A stretch of DNA of 64,000 nt, from NCBI GenBank assembly GCA_951406725.2, contig OX597814.1, positions 108,500,001 through 108,564,000 on the forward strand, given 5' to 3'. This document shows positions 57,653 through 64,000 of the stretch, in pieces. Numbering within the stretch: the first letter of the stretch is position 1; each line of letters begins with the position of its first letter. This stretch comes from Octopus vulgaris (Eukaryota). The notes below the pieces were generated by a model. The model was not told the DNA's origin. It searched no databases and saw only the letters and a program-made list of their open reading frames with translations. A program made the translations under genes and the position numbers.

Positions 57653-60600
57653 TTTATAATCAACAACTATGAACTACTTTCATAATATTAATCTTGTATG
57701 TTGTAGTGCGAAAGATTCCTTCCTATGATGTTTGTTTTATGTACGATGTTCCATGAAATCATTTCTATGAACACATTTTAATATAATATAAAAATAAATG
57801 ATGCGGGTTAATTAGTATATATGAAAACTCAAACAGATATTAGCGTGGCTGGTCATTCCTGACTTCACACAGAGCTTACAAAGTATTGTGAAATACAAAC
57901 GAAGAATTTTTGATTAAATACCACAGAAAGGATAGAATACTGAAGCGTAAACAGAATATTGTCTGCAAATATGAAGAAGGTAGATTCAGCAGGGAGGCAT
58001 TGAATAAAGAACAGGCGACACTCGGGGAGCGATGGTGGGTAGGCAGCAGATCATTCAACTTTGTTGTAGAACAAGGAAAATCGATTCTTCTGCTAAATTG
58101 ATGTCTTCACACTCAACTTCAGTCGTTGAAATAATCCTACCTGGATTTAATGGTTTTGCCTCTCATCTTTACGCTGTGATAACAGATTCGTTTACACTGC
58201 GATAAGAGAGTTCAAATGAAGATCAATGAATTCAGATGATTCGTCATCGGTGAACTCTCCTGTCGCAGTCGACAGGTGACGCTTGCACAAATTCTCACTG
58301 AACAACCAGCACCAATGATTCGTTTATAATGAACAAATGTTTGTGCTGTTCGTTAGCTCACTCTCTCCATCAAATTGACATTGCGTGCGCAGGTGCATAG
58401 TGTTCCCCATGTCAGATGTCGAAATGATCTCAGAGCAGCATGACACGAAGTGTCTTGCTCCAGAATACAATGCTCTGCTCGATACGGGAACTGAAACCAC
58501 GATCTTACGATCACGAGTGAAAAATAACTACAAGGCTAATCATTAACGTGGTGATAACAATTGCAAGCGATAGATATGTAGAACGACCGTGCGAAAGGAA
58601 ATGGCGACGAATGAATGTCTCCTTTTAAACGCCGCACGGTCGCCTTACAATAAAAGCCAAAAAAGAATAAGATAATACAAGTGCCAAGAAAGAATAAGGA
58701 AGACGACACAACCGTAGAATGTAAGAGAAAGGTTTTATTCAGGTGTTGACATGTGGGTAGCAGAGTGTATGTCTGTGTGTTCGTGAGTGCGACATATAAT
58801 AAGAAACAATAAGACAGGCCGTCAAACATACAATGGGTGTACAAACAAGGTGTATGCGTGTGAGATAAAATACAGAGCATAGAAATGAGTCTCTCAGGAT
58901 GCTAAAAGTAGATACGACAAGATGTAGATAAATACCAGTTCGTAGTAATGAACGCAATAGTAATAGTTCTGTAACAATGAGGTCGAGGTCACGAGGCAGA
59001 GGCCGGTTGAATACATGTCGTGTAGCGGTTGTGGCTTCAATGCTGTGCCGGGTTACTTGGTACAGAAGGATCTCGCAGGTAGGGCTAGCTGTTAACCTTG
59101 GTGTGTATTCACAAACAGCGTGTAGTTAAACCTAGGCGAAATGGCTGTGTACGTAGACATGTTAGTGGTGTCGATAAGCTGAAGGCGACGGTGGTGGAGG
59201 CGACGTTAAGGTGAAGGCAACGGTCGTGGAGGCGACGTTAAGGTCAAGGTAACGGTGGAGAAGATCCTGAAATGCTGCTGGTATTGGTGTCCCGGTCTGT
59301 CGCTGGAACATGGCTGAGTCGCTGGAACTGGCTGTCTGCTCTGTGTTCAGAGGTTAGTCTTAAGAAGGACTAGAACCAAAGACAAACGATTCGATGAATC
59401 GCTGTGTTTTATAACAATCTAGAGACTCCAGAAGAAAACCTAGATGACAGTGTCACGGGACCTTATCAGAGGGTTGCAATTGGTTGGTTTACACATTGGC
59501 ACGAAATAAAGCAAGAGACAAACTGCACCAAAACCAACCAATCAGAGTGGACACAACAGGGCCTAAGCGGCCGAAAGCTAACTGTTATCTGCTACGTCCG
59601 TATTTGTGTTATATATGTCAGAGAGAGAGAGAGAGAGGATTTCACTAAGGGTCCCCTACAGATATATACTCTTACAATGGCGTCAATCGTTGAACTGTGG
59701 CCAGGCTATGACGTCTTCATGAAAGGTTTTAAGTGATCATATCATATGAAGTTTCTTTGCTGTTTAGTCTAAGTCGAATCATCTGACGTCCAGAGTTACA
59801 TCTTTTATACAATAGTGACTGGTCACGTGGTTTTTTTAAAGTTTTAACAACCAAATGACAGGTTTTGAGCAGGCAGCGGATTGAGCTAGATTTTCGTGGA
59901 CAAATTCGCTTAAATATTGGGGAATCGTAGCTACGAGCCATTTTACTGGCGACTGAACTTGTTACAACCTCAATATGACATAGACGCAGGATGCTGGTGC
60001 ATGCACGAATCGGAAAATACTTCAACAGCAATTTGAGAAGAATTCTAGTCTCTGAAGACCTGCAATTCTCATAAAAAGCGTTTTACATAAAAATAGGTTG
60101 GGATCCGTTAGTTCCTTGTAGACACAACATATTTCTGAAATCGAATTTCTTGTCTGCATCGGAGATAGTGTAAGTTTTGATTGAAAACCATTGGAGACAT
60201 AACCAATACACATATCGATATTGTGCTTGCCTTTTCCCGGCCGAAACAAAACTACAACCAAAGTAGTTGAACTGCCCGATTTCTTCAATATTTTTTCCTT
60301 TGATAGTAACAAATAGTCTTTCCACCCCTCTATAGGTTACTTCAACGATTTTTTTTCCAATTTGAAATTGGTTCATTCTAATTCAAACTGGAAATATTCT
60401 CTTCTAAGTCCATGTAAGTATCGAAGGTGAATTTTTGTTAACTTCGAGAGCCATATGATCCACAAAGAAAGACTCCATTTAAATACAGTTTATTCATTAC
60501 TTAAAAAACGCTGGGAAGTAATTACAACCTTGAAGGAGACCAAATAGAGAAAAAAAAAACTTCTCTCATTTGATTCGTACAGTATTGTGTTCAACCCAAG

Positions 60601-60859
60601 GCTTAATTGTTTACAATAAAACCGCTGGAATGATTTTAAATAGTCTTCGCCACTCTAAAAGGAACGAATCTCACGAGGGCCACAGTGTACGTGAGTATGT
60701 ATTAGTTAATCTGGATTAGTTAGCAGATATTATCTAGTTGAATATTAGTCAAAATCAGAAGATAAATTCATACACATACACACACGCACACACATAATAT
60801 AATGTAATATAATATAAAATAATATAATGTAATATAATATTATATAATATAATACAATG

Positions 60860-61535
60860 TTTATATATATATAAAACTGAGAATGTGTGTCTGTGCCTGT
60901 GTGTTTCCCTAAAACTTGAGAACTACACAACCAATTTCATTCAAATTTTACACATGCCTTACTTAGGGTCCGGGGAGTGTCATCGGCAAAACATTTTTTA
61001 ACTTTTTGCCTAGGGCGAGCCCACAGCAATATCATATCTTCTCCACTGCGATTCCCTAAAACTTGAGAACTACACAACCAATTTCATTCAAATCTTACAC
61101 ATGCCTTACTTAGGGTCCATGTAGTTTCATTGGTAAAAAATGTTCGACTTCTTGCCTAGAGCGAGCCCATAGCAATATCATATCTTCTCCACTATTTCAG
61201 TATTACGTGTTAAAAGTGAAACAAAAACATTTCTCTATTTTATGTCAGATGCTTTCACTTTAACAATAAAAATGATAATAACAATTGAATTATATGTAGT
61301 AAGTAATAATTAAAATCAAACTAAAGTATAATATAATCGTAACATAACAAAAGTAAAAATAGCAATTGGTATAAAATTGCATCAATGACTTGAACTTGAA
61401 TAAGTGGTTTCACATGAATGGGAATAAATTAAAAATAAAATTAGCGTGCAGAAATGGAATAGTCCAGATGGATAATAAAAAAATTAAATTAAAGAAAAGA
61501 CTATTGTCTATAAAGTATAGAATGTAGAGGAAAAA
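60860..61535 (+). mobile_element. Non-autonomous Helitron copy interrupted by a LINE
   Basis: Near-identical to 48460-49140; similarity stops at gtagaggaaaaa. Confidence 0.85.
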
Positions 61536-61771
61536 GGGCGCGTTTTTTTCGGCTCCACGGCGTGTACTCCATCCCGTTTGTATGTGTACATATTTCGAAG
61601 TGTGTCATATTGCGCTCGAGAATATTTTGTCCCGCCTGGTCGGCACCTATATAAAGTCACTGTTGCTACTAAAAACAAAAAGGAAAAAAAAAAGTAAGTT
61701 GGTTTTTTTTTTCGTTAGTCAAACTTATTTGACCAATTTCAGTGAAGACGCTGAGGAGGGGTAGGCCAATA

Positions 61772-63112
61772 ATGGCCAGCCCGAAGGCGGACAGGGCGGA
61801 AGTCCAAACCCAGGTCCTTAGTCCAGAGATGTCCAACCTGGAAGGAATAATGGCTATACCCGACATCTTCTCGGACGAGGAGGAAAGTGGGAGAGTCAGA
61901 AAGAGTATAGATGTGCCAAGCATGGCAAGGAAGGTGCTAAACTTCGCCGAGGCAGCTAGTCCGAAGGAAAGAAGGATTAACCTAACCAGGGTGGAAGAAG
62001 CGAAGAAGATAGTGTCTCGAGACGGGTACAAGATTAAACTAAACCAGATGAAAGAATCTCTCGAAGAGATAGAGAAGAGAACGGTAATATTCAAAACATA
62101 CCGTAACATAGAAAGGAAAATAGACTTTTCGTCGGAAAAGGAAGTGGAGGCGTGCCTACTACCCATCTGGGATAAAATCACATTTTTAACCAGGGGTAAG
62201 AGGTACGGAACTGTGGAAACTAGGTTCAAGACAGAAGAAGAAGCGAGGGAACATTCAATGAAGCCCCTAAAAACAGGCACAATAACCCTTCTGCCTATCT
62301 ATAGAGGAAGGCGTATTTCAAAAGTTACGGTTGCCAACATACCGCCGGAGATCGAGCCCGAACTGATAGTGGCTGGAGTCACTGCAGGACTGGAAGACCA
62401 AATGGAAGTGCGTGATGCCACGGTGGTAGAAGCCAAAAAGTGGCATGGACAGAAAGTACAAATTATTGTACAGGCAGAGCAGGCCGCCTTGGAAGAGATA
62501 GGCGAGGTCATTGAAATAGGAGAGAGCCGGATGGCAGTAATGGTGGAGGGCCGGAAGCCCAGGTGTTTCACCTGTGGCAAGAAGGGCCACATCAAAAAGG
62601 ACTGTAAGCCGGCGGAGAAGGAAAAAAGCGTACCCACAAAACCAAGTGCTCAAGTGGCGGCTGCAGAGACGACAGCCGCAACAGAAGTAGGGGAGGGGTG
62701 GTCACAGGTTGCTGCGACAAAACGAAAGCACAACAACCCCTCCCCGGAGAAAATTATAAGCAAAGAGAAGAGAGAAGTAAAGAAGGCGAAGAAGCCGGAG
62801 AGGGAGAACAGGGTGTATGTGGCGATGAATACCGCAAACAGAGAAGTGGTACGCAGAGTGGAGACTCAACACGTCGAGGAGGTGGAGATGGAAGCGAAAG
62901 GTGGAGGCTGGAGATGCTACGTGATGGGACTGAAAGGGTTCAACACGTATGCAAACGACTTTAGAAAAGACGTAGGCACACCCAGAATGAGCAAGGAGGA
63001 TGCCCTGAAGGACGCAGAAAGAAAGAACAACAACAACGCGCCGAGTCCACGTTCATCTGAGGCAGAAGAGACGGGTCCCCCCCGCCGGCCGGACCCAGAG
63101 GAAATAAGGTAG
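61772..63112 (+). CDS. LINE ORF1 (gag-like, RRM-like region + CCHC zinc knuckle)
   Basis: Uninterrupted ORF from ATG 61772; CFTCGKKGHIKKDC. Confidence 0.88.
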   Translation: MASPKADRAEVQTQVLSPEMSNLEGIMAIPDIFSDEEESGRVRKSIDVPSMARKVLNFAEAASPKERRINLTRVEEAKKIVSRDGYKIKLNQMKESLEEIEKRTVIFKTYRNIERKIDFSSEKEVEACLLPIWDKITFLTRGKRYGTVETRFKTEEEAREHSMKPLKTGTITLLPIYRGRRISKVTVANIPPEIEPELIVAGVTAGLEDQMEVRDATVVEAKKWHGQKVQIIVQAEQAALEEIGEVIEIGESRMAVMVEGRKPRCFTCGKKGHIKKDCKPAEKEKSVPTKPSAQVAAAETTAATEVGEGWSQVAATKRKHNNPSPEKIISKEKREVKKAKKPERENRVYVAMNTANREVVRRVETQHVEEVEMEAKGGGWRCYVMGLKGFNTYANDFRKDVGTPRMSKEDALKDAERKNNNNAPSPRSSEAEETGPPRRPDPEEIR

Positions 63113-63119
63113 GCAAACT

Positions 63120-64000
63120 ATGGCTGTTTACGTTGGATGCATAAATGTGCGCGTCCTGGTAGCGAACTGGAAACAAGGTCGTTTTCTAAACGATATCAGG
63201 GCGCGGAACTTAAATGTAATTGTCGCTACTGAGACACGAATCGAAGGGCCAAGAGATCTACTCCCGCTCATGGAAGGCTACGAGAAATTTATTTCTCCTG
63301 GACGGCATGTGGGCGGGAGTGGGGTGTTGGTTCTGCTTAAAAAAGATAGTGTCGCAGAGAAAAAGTTGATTTTTTCTGATTCAGAAGGTAGGCTGGTCGT
63401 CTTAGATCTGACGTTCAGTTGTGGTAAAGAAATCAGGCTGGTGGCGGTGTATGCACCTAATACGGGTCAGACTGATTTTTATCGAGGCTTGGAGAAGTTT
63501 CTTGGCACGTCGAAATCCATAGTCATGTTAGGGGACTTTAATGCCATATTCGACGCGCGCGTCGATGGCATTGGCTCGAAAGATAGGAAACCAAACACTG
63601 GCTTCCGGGATCTACTGAGTCACTTTCAGCTGGTAGATCCCTACAGACTTGAATTCCCGAACGCTCCACAGTGGACGTGGCTAAGTGGCGACGGGTCTAT
63701 CGGGTCTTACATAGACAGAATTTTTATTAGAAAAATAGATAAAGGATTAGTTAAGTGTCCACAGTTTCACACGGTCAGTTACAGCGATCACAGGATGGTC
63801 ACTGGCGAACTGAACCTAGATAAGTTAGGTAGTAGGGGATCCGGCTACTGGAAACTCAATAAGTCCCTCCTGGCTATGGAGGAGTACAGAAAGCGGATCG
63901 AGTTAGTAGTGAAGAGGGCGTTAACCGGTTCCATTATTAACAACAAATGGTGGTACGCCCTCAAAAGAGCCATAAAATACGAGTCCGTTAGATACAGCAT
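63120..64000 (+). CDS. LINE ORF2 N-terminal APE endonuclease (partial)
   Basis: Manual translation open to the window end: INVR, ATET, GRLV, VYAPN, LGDFN, WTW, IDRIF, SDH, YWKLN. Confidence 0.92.
   Translation, partial: MAVYVGCINVRVLVANWKQGRFLNDIRARNLNVIVATETRIEGPRDLLPLMEGYEKFISPGRHVGGSGVLVLLKKDSVAEKKLIFSDSEGRLVVLDLTFSCGKEIRLVAVYAPNTGQTDFYRGLEKFLGTSKSIVMLGDFNAIFDARVDGIGSKDRKPNTGFRDLLSHFQLVDPYRLEFPNAPQWTWLSGDGSIGSYIDRIFIRKIDKGLVKCPQFHTVSYSDHRMVTGELNLDKLGSRGSGYWKLNKSLLAMEEYRKRIELVVKRALTGSIINNKWWYALKRAIKYESVRYS

Larger units (their letters stand above)
61536..64000 (+). mobile_element. L1/Tx1-clade LINE, apparently with intact 5' end, runs off the window
   Basis: ~235-bp 5'UTR, open ORF1, 7-bp spacer, open ORF2. 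Confidence 0.92.

Noticed and set aside
59729-60376. Adjacent ~100 aa minus-strand ORFs
   Set aside because: No identifiable homology; cannot be supported as a gene or pseudogene.
61669-62653. Antisense ORFs opposite LINE ORF1 (also 12408-12902 and 1315-1755)
   Set aside because: Shadow ORFs of TE coding strands.

Overview
AT-rich, microsatellite-laden eukaryotic (animal) non-coding DNA. The SINE repertoire and repeat landscape resemble an octopod cephalopod genome (inference). No host protein-coding gene could be supported, and almost all short ORFs are microsatellite artefacts. The window is a mosaic of transposable elements: a 5'-truncated RTE LINE, a near-complete Penelope-like element (RT + GIY-YIG) and several Penelope pLTR fragments, several Tc1/mariner elements (one nested), non-autonomous Helitrons, hAT/piggyBac/Tigger MITEs, CR1 and R4/Dong fragments, a probable solo LTR, about 30 tRNA-derived SINE copies, and an apparently intact L1/Tx1 LINE running off the right edge. 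Highlights: (i) about 10 minimal type-I hammerhead ribozyme motifs, including a tRNA-headed SINE-like unit whose tail carries a hammerhead and which is inserted as an inverted pair (candidate Penelope-mobilised, Pol III-driven ribozyme SINE); (ii) a Helitron family carrying a fragment of an L1/Tx1 ORF1, one copy of which is interrupted inside that fragment by an intact LINE of the same type; (iii) a ~70-bp TSD around the RTE element; (iv) a diverged duplicated CCAAT/TATA segment 41 kb apart. Coordinates were read by eye and boundaries may be off by a few bases.
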